A stretch of 64,000 nucleotides of DNA from NCBI GenBank assembly GCA_016748015.1, contig JAAOMT010000703.1, forward strand, positions 990,255 to 1,054,254, in the 5' to 3' direction. Made by a program: the position numbers and the translations under genes. The notes beneath the pieces were generated by a model. It was not told the origin of the DNA. It ran no database searches and worked only from the letters and a program-made list of their open reading frames with translations. This DNA comes from Geosiphon pyriformis uo1. Lineage: Eukaryota > Fungi > Glomeromycota. Numbering within the stretch: the stretch's first letter is position 1; each line of letters opens with the position of its first letter. Of this stretch, positions 36,901-50,270 are shown piece after piece.

Positions 36901-38651
36901 TTTGAAGATAAAATCTTTTCTGCTTGTTTCAAAAAAAGTAAATAACAGATTTACTACTCTTGAATGCAGTCTTACTAGTCTTGCAAAACAAATTAGTAAG
37001 CTGATTAAGAGGTTGGACACATTTAGGCCAATGGTTTTTTAGTTTAATTTTAAATATTAGCTATTAGTAATTCTATTATTACAGAATTAAAAAACAGATA
37101 TAATAATAAATAAGAATTTGGGTATAATTATTAGTAGTAAAACTATTGTAGAAGCAGTATTTTTGAATCAGTTAGTAATTTCTAAGTTAAAAGACAGTTT
37201 AAAAAGTCTCTTAAATATAGTTTTAGGCTTTTTAGCCAAAACAAATAATGCTAGTTTGAGTTTGGAATCACATTTTTCTTAATAACCAGTCTTGTTTAGA
37301 TAATTACTATGTGTAATATTTGAGATATTAATGTTTTTATTAAGCAAAAAAATATTATTTATTAACACAAAAATATTAAATATTTGATTTTGATTATTAC
37401 AGTAACTAAGTTAAAATCTAATTGCAGGCCTTAAATAATAAACAAATTTGATAGAATTTGGATTTTTGCTTTGGAACTGAATAAAATCTTTTTAAGTGTT
37501 GGTATAGCAAGAATTATGAATGTTTTTCTGGCCTATTATATGGCCAAAATCAAAAAAGTCTTAAGCTCTTTGATTTTAGTTCAAATACTTTTTAAAAATA
37601 AGCTTTTGGTTACAGTTTTGGGCTTGTATATATGTGCTTTTACAACAACATAAGCTGAGCAAACAGTAAAAATAAATCCAATTGTTGTTGGGACTGTAAA
37701 TTCTAGTTTTTTTGTAATTATTGATAGAGATTTCAATAAAAATAATTCTGAAAAGAATTTAAGCTATAGATTATATTTAGATTTAGATTTAATCAATGTT
37801 TTTAGAGGTTAGTTTTTGTTTAAGATACTTATATAAAGCAATTTAAAAAAGGCTGCAAAAATTATTAACTATTTGTTTATAAGTGAAAATCTTTTATTTT
37901 TAGTAGTTAAACATATAATAGTTGATATTTTTAAGTTTTTTAACATAAACCACAAAGCTGTTTTGGTTTCAGTTAGACTAAAAAGTTTATTAAATATACA
38001 AATAGACATTATTCAAAAGCTGGCTAATAAAAATCATTAAGGATTTAAAATCAAAGACATAAATAACTCTAAATAGGCTGGCTTTAAAGATTACTTATTA
38101 TCTTTACTTTTTTTGGTATAAGATAAGTTCATTAATGTCAATAGCAATAATAATTTAGATGCAATATGGAAAATTTTAAGAAATATAATATTAGATTTGA
38201 CAAAAAAGGTGTTTTTTAAACAATAATACAATAAAACAAAATATTTTTCTAATAAACAGTTATTAAGATTTTATAAGTTGGTATTAATAACTGCTAAGTT
38301 TGCTAAAGTTTTAAGTATTGGAGATAATATATGATCTGATTATTTTTTATAAGTTTGACTGATTACTGATTATAAAAGAGTCTTGAAAATTCAAAGCTTG
38401 GTTTAGAATAATATAAGATTAAATAACATTTTTTGTAACTTGTTAAGGATCAAAAAAGAGTATCTTAAGTTTAAGTTATATAAGTCAAAAGTTACTAAAA
38501 CTATAGTCATCAATATTACAATAAAGAAAAAAATAAAAATTTTTTGCTCAAATAATAGAAGACTGAATCAGAAAACAGAAAATTTCAGAGTTTGTTTCTA
38601 AAATTTGGATGAATTAATATACTTCTTTAAAGTATATAAATAATTAGATAT

Positions 38652-39464
38652 TATTATTCTTAAAATATAGAAATTATATATTAGTATACAAATTAGCCAA
38701 TTAGAATAAAATGCAGTAAAAGTGAAATTCCAAGATTTCTTTTAAAGGAATTGTAGGATTTCAGAATTACAGAATTCCAGTAAAAGAAATTGCAAGATTC
38801 CAGAATTCCAGAATTCTTAGTTAAGGAATTGAAAAATTTAAGGAATCTTATATAACAAAAATTATGTATATATAGTGGTAGTATTAGAAACAGAAAGAGT
38901 AGAATCTTCAAGTTAAAATTTTTAGTTTTAGAACCTCAAGTTCTAAAATTCTATATTAATAAAATACTTATTTCAAAAAAATCATAATTTACTGTTCATT
39001 ATTAACACTTTATGTTAATATCAATTAATACTTAACTATACTGGACCAATAGCTCTTAATTATGACTATTGACAAAATACTAACTCTTTTTTGTCTTGAC
39101 TTATTTTCTTTATTTTCTTTTTTTTTTCTTTTTTTTTTTTGTTTTGTTATTATTTACTAATTGATTAAAGATTAATGCACAGAGTTATTGATGTCAAAAT
39201 GACTGGTAAAAAACCTAAAAATAAGGGTAGAACACTTAAGAATTAAGAATAGCTTACCAGAAGAATTACTGGCTATTATGCTGAGAAAAAAATTTGATAG
39301 AATTGCAATTTTGAAAAGCAACAGATAAAACAACACTTGAATCTCTGTCTATTATACAAAGAACTCAACCAAAACCTTCAGATATCACCAATTATTTTAA
39401 GTTATTGAGCACCAAGTTACAGATTTGTTATTTGTTTTAACACCTCAAATAATTACTGGTAATA
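38652..39464 (+). repeat. Gypsy solo LTR inserted in LINE A (TSD ATAT/GTAT)
   Basis: Homologous to LTR 5138-5969 end to end, with no PBS after it. The LINE ORF2 resumes directly on both sides. Confidence 0.88.
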
Positions 39465-39616
39465 GTATTTTCTAAAATAATAAACACTATTAATTATAAA
39501 AAGTTAAGTTGGGTAATTAAGGAGTTATTAAATAAAAAAACTGTTGGTTTAAGTAGCATATTTAATAAATTATGAAAGCATTATAGAAATGATATTCTAA
39601 GATATCTGCTAAATAT

Positions 39617-40406
39617 TATTATTTATAGAAATTAGAAATTATAATAAATAGATAAAATAGCTAATCAGAAATAATTATAGTAAAAAGAGGAATTGCAGAA
39701 TTTCAAAATTCCAAAATTTTTTTTAAATAAATTGAAAGATTTTAAAAAATCTTGTATAATATAAATTATGTATATATAATAAGAATATTAGAAGCAAAAA
39801 AGACAATTCAGTTCAGAACAACAATATCTTTTTCTTCAAAAAATAATTTTTTACAATTTGAAATAAAATTATACTTATATTAATAAAACATTTATTATTA
39901 CCCAAATTTATATTATCATTACTTAATTAAAAAAATATTAATTTATTCTATATTATCAACATTCTATATTGATAAAATCTAATATTTAACTATACTGAAT
40001 CAATAACTTTTGATTATAGCTATTAATAAAATACTAATTTTTTATTTTTTTTCTTATTTTTTTTTGTTTTCTTTTATTTTGTTTTCTTTGTTGTTTATTA
40101 ATTGATTAAGAGAATAAGTACTAAGTAATTGACATTAAAAATAATCTGGTAAAAAACCCAAGAACAAAAATAAAAATTTAAAGATAGCTTATCAGAAAAA
40201 CATAACTGCCAAAATAAACTGGCCATTATACTGAAAAAAAAATTTACAGAATAAAACCATCAATTAAATCCCTATTTATTATACAAAGAACTCAACCAAA
40301 ATCTTCAGACTTTAAAACCTTCAAAAATTAGCAATATTTCTAGCTATTGAACAGTAAGTTATGAGTTTGTTATTTGTTTTAACATCTCAAATAATTACTT
40401 ATAACA
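39617..40406 (+). repeat. 5' LTR of Gypsy copy B
   Basis: Starts TATTATTTATAGAA (decayed TGTTACTCATAGAA), ends TTATAACA and is followed by a decayed PBS. Confidence 0.88.
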
Positions 40407-40470
40407 TTTAATACTTCTTGTAAAGTATAATTTAACAGAAAATCAGCACCAATATCAACTATCTGGAAAA

Positions 40471-43400
40471 ATGGCAGACCAAAAAATCATAAAAGAAAAT
40501 TATTTAGAATTTATGAAATCTTTATTTCAATATTATCAAACTCATTTTAGATTAACAAATAACTATTAGTTAGCAAAATTAGCTTTTAACTTTTATGTTA
40601 ACAAAAAAATTAAATTCTACTTGAGAAACCAAAGAGATTCAAAAGCCATACTTAAAAATTTCTATAGTAAATTACTCTAAAGTACTATGTTTTTACAAAA
40701 TTTTTTGTTTATTCTACTAATTACAGAGATAAATTAAAAAATTAAGAATTATATTTAGCAAAGATTTCCTATTATTTTTGCAAACAAAAATAAAAAAAAG
40801 TTACAAACTTTAATAAAAACACCAAGGAAAATACAACTGTTTAATTGAAAAAAACCAAGAGTTATTCCACTTATACATCTATTTTATTATTATATATTAG
40901 GAAATACTATACACATATTATCTAAATCTATATTACTATTAACTGCAAAAACATTATTATTCAAAGTACTATTTCAAAATAATTAAAAAAAAGCCAAACT
41001 ATTAAAAACTTATGACAATTTCTTTGAAAATTTTAAATTATAATTAACAATTTTATTAAAATTTAATTACTGCCATCTTAACCAAATTTCGGATCTACCA
41101 ATTATTAGAAAAACACCAATTTAGAAAAAAAAAACAGTAATTAGGAAAATAATAATCAAAACCCAATTTTAATTAATCCAAAAATTATAATTCTGATTGT
41201 TCAAATCCAGCCAAATCTGAACAATTCAAATTCAGCTTCTATTTTTTTACAAAACTTATCTTCAGTTATTCCAATTAATTAACTGCTAATAGCACCAATA
41301 GCCACATAGCAACAATCACAACAACAATTACTACTTGTACCAATAATCTATATATCAATTATAAAACTTGAGAAATTTACTGACAAAGAAAACAACATTC
41401 AAACATAGCTAAACAATATAACAAAAGTTATTACAACCAATAAATAAAATGATGTCAAAGCATTTTAAACTATCTTATACTTTTTCCAAAATATTACCAA
41501 CTTATGATACTAGAATTTTATAAACAAACTCCAAGATTTTAATGCATTTAAAACCATGTTTTTATAGTATTTTAATGATAATAACAGCATCAATTACTTG
41601 TTAATTAGCTTTACTATTATCAAACAAGGTAATATTAAAGCAGTTACTACTTGTTTAGAATATTTCTATAGAAATCTGCACCAAATCCAAGCAATCAATA
41701 TTAACTACTTTATTGTACTACAGATTTTAAATTAATTCATTTACAGACTATATAGCAGTTTGTTACAACAAGTATGCCTAATGCATTCAAATATTCTCTA
41801 AAACACAGTTATATACACCAAAAATTTTAAATTAGCCAAACTTAAAGCCAACTATGTGTAAATTGTAAATCTAGTTATAAATAAATTATTTAAATTAAAT
41901 TCTAAACTAAAACAATTTAGTAACTCTATTAACCAGAAATTAAAAAAATACTTAATTAATAATTAAGCCATATATTAGTTTTCTCAATATTACAACAATT
42001 CAAAAAGTTCAAGTTAATTTCAAAATTAACCACATCTATTATTATCATTATTAAATCAATTGTAATAACAAAAAATATGTAATTGGTATTATTATGATAA
42101 ACAAAATCATCTAAAAGCAGATTGCTGTTCCAAATCTAATAATTCACAATCAAAAAACCAATATAGAAGCCTTAATTACAGATTTTAAATTCAGAACTAT
42201 GCTAATAATTTATTATTAGAATCATACTAATCTTATTATATACCAATAATATAACAACTTATATATGTACTTCTAATGTATTAAACTTTAGCACCAGTAA
42301 TCTATCAGCTACAGTCATAAGCAATTTATCAATCTTAATAAATTCAAATACTACTTTAATATATTATGTCAATATCAACCAAAAACCAAAAACCAAAAAT
42401 TATATACATCTAACAAAACTAAAAATCAGTAATGATAATACACCAACTAATTTTTAGTTTATTAAACCAGCTATTAAAATCACACCAGTAGAATTCAAGA
42501 AGTAAATACACCTAAAACTATTTAAATCTATTAGTAATCCCAGAAATTATAACACTTAAATTACTAGAAATTAATCTAATACCACTTATTAACAACATCT
42601 TACTAACAACTATTACAGAAGACAAATTATTAGTTATTATCTTCTCATTTAAATTAAAAGATTAATCAAAAACCCTATTATTTAATAGAGCCATTTTTGA
42701 TACCAAACTAATCATTACTATATATACTAATACTAAAGTTAATAACCACCCTATTAAACTAATTCTTAATAATAATTTAACAAACAGCATTATTACACAA
42801 CAACTTATGAACCAATTAAATTATCAAGTTAATTGTATTGCCAGTGCCAAAATTATCACTGCTAATAGAACCATTAAGATTCTTATCAATGAAATTAACA
42901 ACTTTTTTTTTGAAGTTAACAGCATCATCACACTTATCCAAGTTCTTGTTATAAAAACCACACAATACCAAGCTCTTATTGATAATAACTGGGTGTTCAA
43001 AACCAATACTGTGCTTAATTAAAATACTTAAGAACTATAGCATAGTCAAAATAGTTAGCATACTTGTATATCAACTATCTGCAGTCACTTTAAAACAACT
43101 CAATTACAACCACTAATAGAATTTAAGGAAGAAATAAACAAATTTATCTAAGAAGCCTATTAAGTTTTATGGACTAATGACAATTACAATAAACTACCAC
43201 CAATTTTATTCTAAAATAACAAAGAAAAAAAAAAGAAAAAGATAAATCTTAAGTTACTATCTCCACAAAAAAAACAAATAACAGTTGGCATATTTTATAT
43301 TTAGCAAAACCAAAAAAAAATTACTTTATATTTTTCTCAGATATATCAATTGTAAAAAAAAGCTTTTTTTCATAAAAGCTTAAATATTGTCTAAAAAAAA

Positions 43401-46400
43401 TTATTACATATATATCTGTTACTATTGTAAAATATGGCACAAAAAATGTTTTGGTTATTCAAAATAACAAGAAAAGTAGAACAATAAACTATGTTTTGCT
43501 TGTAAGGAAACACTATTCAACAAAAAAATATGAAATAATATTTCTAATTAAAGAGGAACATACAATATATTATGTTAATACATAATTCTTATAAGTAACT
43601 GAATAAGTTAAAAAATGTTTTTTAATGCTACATAGAACCAAGTACTTTTATACTTAGATAGTTATCCATACAATAAAGACAAAATCTGAAAAATAACAAG
43701 TACCAAAGTCAAAAACATTTTATCTAATAAAATATTAGTAATTAAAAACAACTTATCAAAATTTGTTAAAACCATTTTTATTCCAAATTCAGGCATCTTT
43801 GTTAAAATTCCGAGTAATTCAGAACAATTCCATGAACACTACCAAGATTTAAGATTTACTTAAGAAGAATAAAAACAGTATTTAGAATAATTAAATGTTA
43901 GACTCTATAAATATTGTCTAATTTTCAATAACTTCAAATATTGTAATAATTGTAATTTTATTTACAATATACTATCACATATAATCTATTCAATTTCTAA
44001 AAAAAAAAAACCAATTATCAGCTATATTTTGAAATCAAAATCAAAATTCAATCACAATTCAGACTTTAATAATAATAATAACAATAGTTCTAATTCTATT
44101 TATAATAACAACTACAATAATAACAATTTAAACTCTAATTATAATTTTGAACAATATATTGTGCTCTCAAATTTTTTAATAAAGCAAAAACTTAAATGGT
44201 TCAGCAATAATAATGAAGATATTATATTAGAATGCATACATAATATTAATTCAGAGTTTAATCTCAAATACTCAGAAAAAACTGTCATTAAATTAGAATC
44301 TCATTTGCATACCAGCATAAATTTAAAAATAACACTGGAAATTTCAACAACAATGATGGTTTAATTAGTGTTTAAATCTAGTTTAATGAAAAAAAAGATC
44401 AATATTAGAAAGGAATAATTGATGCAAAATATGTAAGAAATATTATTGTAATGCTATAAAACAAATCTGAAAAAACATATACTATTAAATCAAATAAAAA
44501 AATAACATTGGCAATATTTCTACTTCTGATAAAAATATCTTAATTAATATTAATAAAAATAAAGAAAAAGTTAGAGATTATAGCAAAAAGAATAAATAGA
44601 TTTGGATCCATGAATAGAATAGAGGTATCTGTTAATATAGTATAAAAAAAACAATTGATTAGAAAAAAATTATCTCCATCAATTAATTAATTTTTATTTT
44701 ACTATATAACCAATATATATTAATTATAAAGAAGAAAGTAAAGAATTAACCTCAAATTTTTGAAGTAAAACTTATCATTTGTAAATTAGGAAAGATTGCC
44801 ATTATCAATTTTTACATACTAATCAAAAACCATAAACATATTAAAATTCTAATATATAATATAATTGAAGACTTAATTAAAATACTAAACAGAACTACTA
44901 TCAGATACTTAAACATTGAAGTTGAAAATCAAGCACCAATTATTATTTTAGATTTTCCACAACTTTGTGAATATGTAGATATTACATTACAAACAATTTA
45001 CAAACAAAAAAAATATTATTTGCTATAATTAAAACAATTGGAACAAATGAATTTAAGAAACTTAGACTTACTTTAATATATACAATTTAAGCTACTATTC
45101 AATAATTTTATTAATATCTTTGCAAATAAAAATGAATTTGGCAGAACTAATATTATTTAGCATCAGATTAAAATTGGAAATACAATATTAATAAAACAAA
45201 GAGCATATCAAGTACTACTTATTAGTCATAAAATTATTTATTAAGAAATCAACTAAATATTAAATAATGGGATAATTCAATTATCAATGAATTCATAGTT
45301 ATTATCAGTAATACTTATTCAGAAGAAGAATAAAAAGATCTGCTTTTGTGTATATTATAGAAAACTCAATAATATTATTTATGGAAACAGTTATTCAACT
45401 TCATAGATTTAAAATTATTTAATGTTTTTGGAGAAAAAAAATAGTTTTTTATATTAGATTTAAATAATAATTACTAATAAGTAACCATGAAGTTAGTTTA
45501 CAAGAAAAAAACAGTATTTACTACAAAAAAAAAACTTTGAATTTGATATTATGTCTTTTGACTTAACTAATATTCTAATTACTTTCTAATAATTAATAAA
45601 AATTGTATATATTGAATTATTATAAAAATTGGTAATAGTCTATTTAAATAAGACCAATATGTTTTTTAAAACATTTGATAATTACTTTTATTATCTTTAG
45701 CAAGTGTTTAAAAAACTAAAAAAAGCAGAACTAAAGTTGAATACTACCAAATATTTTTTTGGAAAAATTGAACTCAAGTTTTTGAAACATATTATAAACA
45801 AAGACAATATTAAAACAAATTCAAACAAAATTGAAATAGTTAAAAACTTTCTAATACTAATAAACTTAACAGAACTAAAAGCATTTTTGGAATTTGTTAA
45901 ATAGTATTACTGCTTTATTCAAAACTTCTTTAAACTGGCTCAACCATTCTATTAACTTCAAGCAAAAAACATCAAATACAAATAGACTAAAACTCAACAA
46001 AAAGTTTTTGATATCTTAAGAAAAAAGCTTATTTAAGCTTTAATATTAATCTATCTAGATTATAGCAAGTTATTTATTATTACTATCAATGTATTTAGTT
46101 AAGTATTAGAAGCTATATTGTCACAAAAAAAAGCAGATAAATGAAAACATCTAATAATATATGCTAGTTAAAGTTTGAATCTAATTGAAAAAAACTATAA
46201 TATACTAATATTGTAACTCTTAGCTATCTATTGAGCTGTTATAAAATAAAAAAAATACTTGAGTCAAAAGTTTAAAGTGTATACTAATTACAAGAGATTG
46301 ATATTAATTTAGAAACAAAAATTTGGAAATAATTATTATACCAGATAGAAAATAAAACTCTTATTATTTAATTATACAATACACTATAAAAAAGAAAAAA

Positions 46401-47330
46401 AAATAGAAATGCTAATGAATTATTATAAATAAGACAAATCTAAAAACATTTTAACCCAAAAATATAACAAAAAATGAATACACAAAAATACCAACAATTT
46501 TAACATTATATTAATACTCAATAGTTTAAAGAAAAATTATCTCAAAAAAAACAAAACTACATAAAACAACAATCAAAATATTTTATTGGTTACCAAAATA
46601 TACTATATCAAAAAAACAGATTAACTACCCAGAATAATTACAAAACCAAAAAAAAAACAATATTGTTTAATATATATTCAAATCCAACTACAAAACATTT
46701 TTATAAAAAAACAATCATAGAAAAAACCAGAACAAATAGAATTTGTTTATATTATCAGTATTATTTGCTTATTAAACAATAAAACAAAATACTATATAAT
46801 TGAATTAGTCTATAATAGAACAGTCATAATACCAATTAAAATAGATATTAATACATATTCAACTAAACCAATAATAAAAGCCAACTTCTAAGAAATACTG
46901 CTAAGAAGAATATATGACTTAATAAAAATTCTAGAAAATAAAAGATAAAGAACAGTTAATAATATATAAAAGTTACAAGCAAAACAAAAAAAATAACATA
47001 ACAACCAGTTAATAAATAAACTAGTCGAATTCAAGATTAGAAACAAAGTATTTTTATATTATATCAAAGTAAAAAACAATAATGTAAAAAATTTGATCCC
47101 AAATAGAACAGTTTATTTTATATTAAAAAAATTTTGGGAAATAAAACATACAAGTTAAGATGAAATAACAAAATTTTAGTCAAAGCAGTATATGGTAATT
47201 AACTAAAACTATACTATAATATAGTATTATTATTTACCAATAATATTTCACAATTAGAAGTACAATAAATACTAATTAAACCAGATGAGATTTCATAAGA
47301 TCTAAAACCAATCATAATTATTAAAACAAA
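40471..47330 (+). pseudogene. Degenerate Gypsy gag-pol (gag, knuckle, protease, Cys-rich domain, dUTPase, RT, RNase H, integrase lacking its catalytic core)
   Basis: Protease fragment 42807-43022, dUTPase ~44230-44610 ending (G)FGS, RT ~45120-45900 (KKNKKICFCVYYRKLN; VYLNK at 45638-45652), RNase H ~46060-46400, and integrase N- and C-terminal pieces 46660-47220. Confidence 0.85.
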
Positions 47331-48064
47331 CATGTTAAATTAATTGATTAGAACAGTATATAAAAAATTAAAACATATGATAAAAACAATAATAAAGATA
47401 GAAATTACTAATAATATTTACTTACTTATACAACAACTCTTACAACTTATCTAATATTAGAATACAAGTCTTAAAGTTACTATTAACAAACAAACAATAC
47501 AATATAAAGACAAAAAAGTAATTTAAAAATCTCAAAGTAAAAAACAATATCTCAAATATCATATTTTTAAAAATCCAGTAGACAAAATAATGGAAAAAGT
47601 AGAAAAAATATTAAAAACTCCAAAAATATTAATATCAGATAAAAAATTTGTTTAAAAAATTAAAATCAATAAATATAACAAATTCCTAAAAACTTTTATT
47701 ACTATCAATTAGAACAAAAACTAAATATTCAGAACTTATATATAGATAAAACTAAAAAGATATTTAATTCAATTATAGTACAACAAATTAAATAAGTTAT
47801 AGGAAAAAACAATTTACTTACATATAAAAAAATTATCTACTGACTATAAATGAGATTTCAAAACCAGTTAAAAATATTGCTATACTTAAAAATAAGTACA
47901 GTAACTATTAATTAACTAAGAAAATTAACCAATGCTTAATTTAAAAAATTGCAGACTAGAATTACAAAAGCAATTCTTAAAAAAAAGTTATAGAGTTAAT
48001 TTAAGAAAGAGATTTAGAAGATTTAAAAAATCTTAATAAAGTTTAATATTAAAAAAAAATATAT

Positions 48065-48301
48065 TATTATTCATAAAAATTAATAATTATAATAAATAAA
48101 TAAAATAGCCAATCAAAAATAGACATAGTAAAAAAAAAAATACTAGGATTTTTTTTGAGAAATTACAGAATTCTAAAATTCTAGAGTTTTAGAATTTTTT
48201 TCAAGAAATTGCAGAATTTCAAAATTTCAAAATTTCAAAATTTTTTTTAAAGAAATTAAAAGATTTCAAAAAATCTCATTTAACATAAATTATATATATA
48301 A
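48065..48301 (+). repeat. 3' LTR of Gypsy copy B, U3 part (before the LINE B insertion)
   Basis: Matches 39617-39780 and is preceded by an A-run (48051-48059) at the PPT position. Confidence 0.85.
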
Positions 48302-48464
48302 TATAAAAAAAAACTTCTTTCTCTCCTACTTCCCAAAGTTCTAAAAAAGTACATATTTTGAAAGAAGTTTTTTGTTTCTTGTATTTTTTGTCACTATTCA
48401 GTTAGATACTTCAAAACCGTTTTTGTTCGAATACAAAGCTGCTGTCGGCAGTGACATTTCTGTT

Positions 48465-50270
48465 ATGAAGGGATCCAAGAAAAAGTTGCTTTCTGGTACA
48501 GCTGTAGTCAACTCCTCTTCCAGGAAGAAACGCAAGGGTGGGTTGCTGAAAGAATCTGTCAAGATGGTTGGTGTCTCTGTAAGTGGCGCCTTTGACAATT
48601 TGGTTGGGCATGAGAGTGGAAATACTACTGAGTTAGAAAGTGTCAATATGGGGGAAGAATATCTGATCGAAAAAACAAGCTTTCAGCCTGAAAGTGAAGG
48701 AGAGTCTGGAGGTGATGACACTGAGGTGACACCCAAAGGTCCCAAGAGAATTGTTACCAAGCATGTTCTTGGAAAGCCTCTAGGTACTATTAATTTCGGC
48801 AGGAAAAGCAATGATAATGATGATGTTTTGGATGATTCTATCCTCTTTCCACTACCTCTCCTGCTTAAATCTTCTGTTCAAATTTCTGTTTATAAATCTT
48901 TTGCTTTGAATTTTAATCTTGTGGCTGTTTCTAGAAAATTATCTCAGGAAAAACTACATTTTGTCAGAAAACTTTTCTCTGGTGTGAATGGTTTTGGGAG
49001 GGCTTTTACTTCCTCAAAATTTGGTGGAATCATTTGGGCTACGTTCACTTCTGAAGAGGTAATGATGACTACAGCAAATCTGGCTAATGACTATGGTATT
49101 GTGGTAAACACCAATCTCAAGCGCCCTGTCAACAATCATACAAATCAGGCAATTGTGCTGAAGAAAATTCCTGTGGGAACATTTTTGGAGGCTGTGTGTG
49201 CAACTGTGACTGAATTTGGCATCATTAAGTCGATCAAAATGCAGCTGGTGGGTTTATGGTAAAAAGCGATCATCAAATTGGAAGATCAAGACCAGGCTGA
49301 TTTTTTAGCCTCTAAGTGGTCTATCCTCATTGGAAAGGATGTGGTTCAGATAGCCAGGGCTAACATTGACAAACAATCGTGGAATGCCAGGGATAATTTT
49401 AGGGCTTTGCTATATACTCTTCCCATGGGAACCATTGCTCATGATTTGTGGAATTTTATTGGTTTTATTGGTGGGAAAACCTGCTTCATTAATCGCAATT
49501 CTGTTAGTTATTCTCGCACCCAATGTGCCACTGTGTGTTTTAGCTCAGAAGTGGAGTTAGTTAATACAATGGCAATAACTCCAGTTATAAAAAGCTTTGG
49601 TCTCTGTTGGTTTCATTTTTCTTTGGCTTTATGTGTGGTTTGTAAGAATTTTGGTCATACTTTACTCAGTTGTAGGTCAGTTAAAGATGCTGGGATTGCA
49701 GGAGACAGGAAAGCTCCTCTTTTGGCTCAAGACCAATCCAGATTGGTGAAAATTTATGCAAAGAAATCTGTGTCTATCTCTTATTCTTTGGCTTTTGGTG
49801 GTAAAACTTAGGCGTCAGTGGTTGGCACTTCCTCTGCTCCTTCTCTCTCTGGTAGTAAGGCAAGTTTTGGTTCCGTCATCGATGGTAAACCTACCCCTCC
49901 TGTTGCAAAAGATCTAGAAATGAGATTGGTCAATATTGAGGATGGTCTTATCAGTTTTGCAGGACAAATTAATGAGTTGACTAAGAGATTAGAGTTGCTC
50001 ATGCTGGTGGTTTCCCAGTCTGGTCATAGATGCCGGCTGCCAGTGACTATTCCACCACAGAATTCAGAAAGTAATGTGACAGTGGAAATGGACTTAAGTA
50101 TGGCCAATGGCCATGAGTCTGCCATAATTGTGAACTCGTCTACATCCCCCCATGTTGTCAAGTTAGAAAATATGTTGGAGGACCTTTCCAAATCTGTGTT
50201 AAGCTTGTCCGCTCGTTTCAATAGTCTGGTTTTGGCTGGTAGTGCGAACTTCCAATCCCCTTCCCAATGA
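48465..50270 (+). pseudogene. LINE ORF1 (RRM-like regions, CCHC knuckle CVVCKNFGHTLLSC, coiled coil) with 2 in-frame stops
   Basis: ORFs 48372-49262, 49278-49811 and 49818-50270 are all in one frame. First ATG at 48465. Confidence 0.88.
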
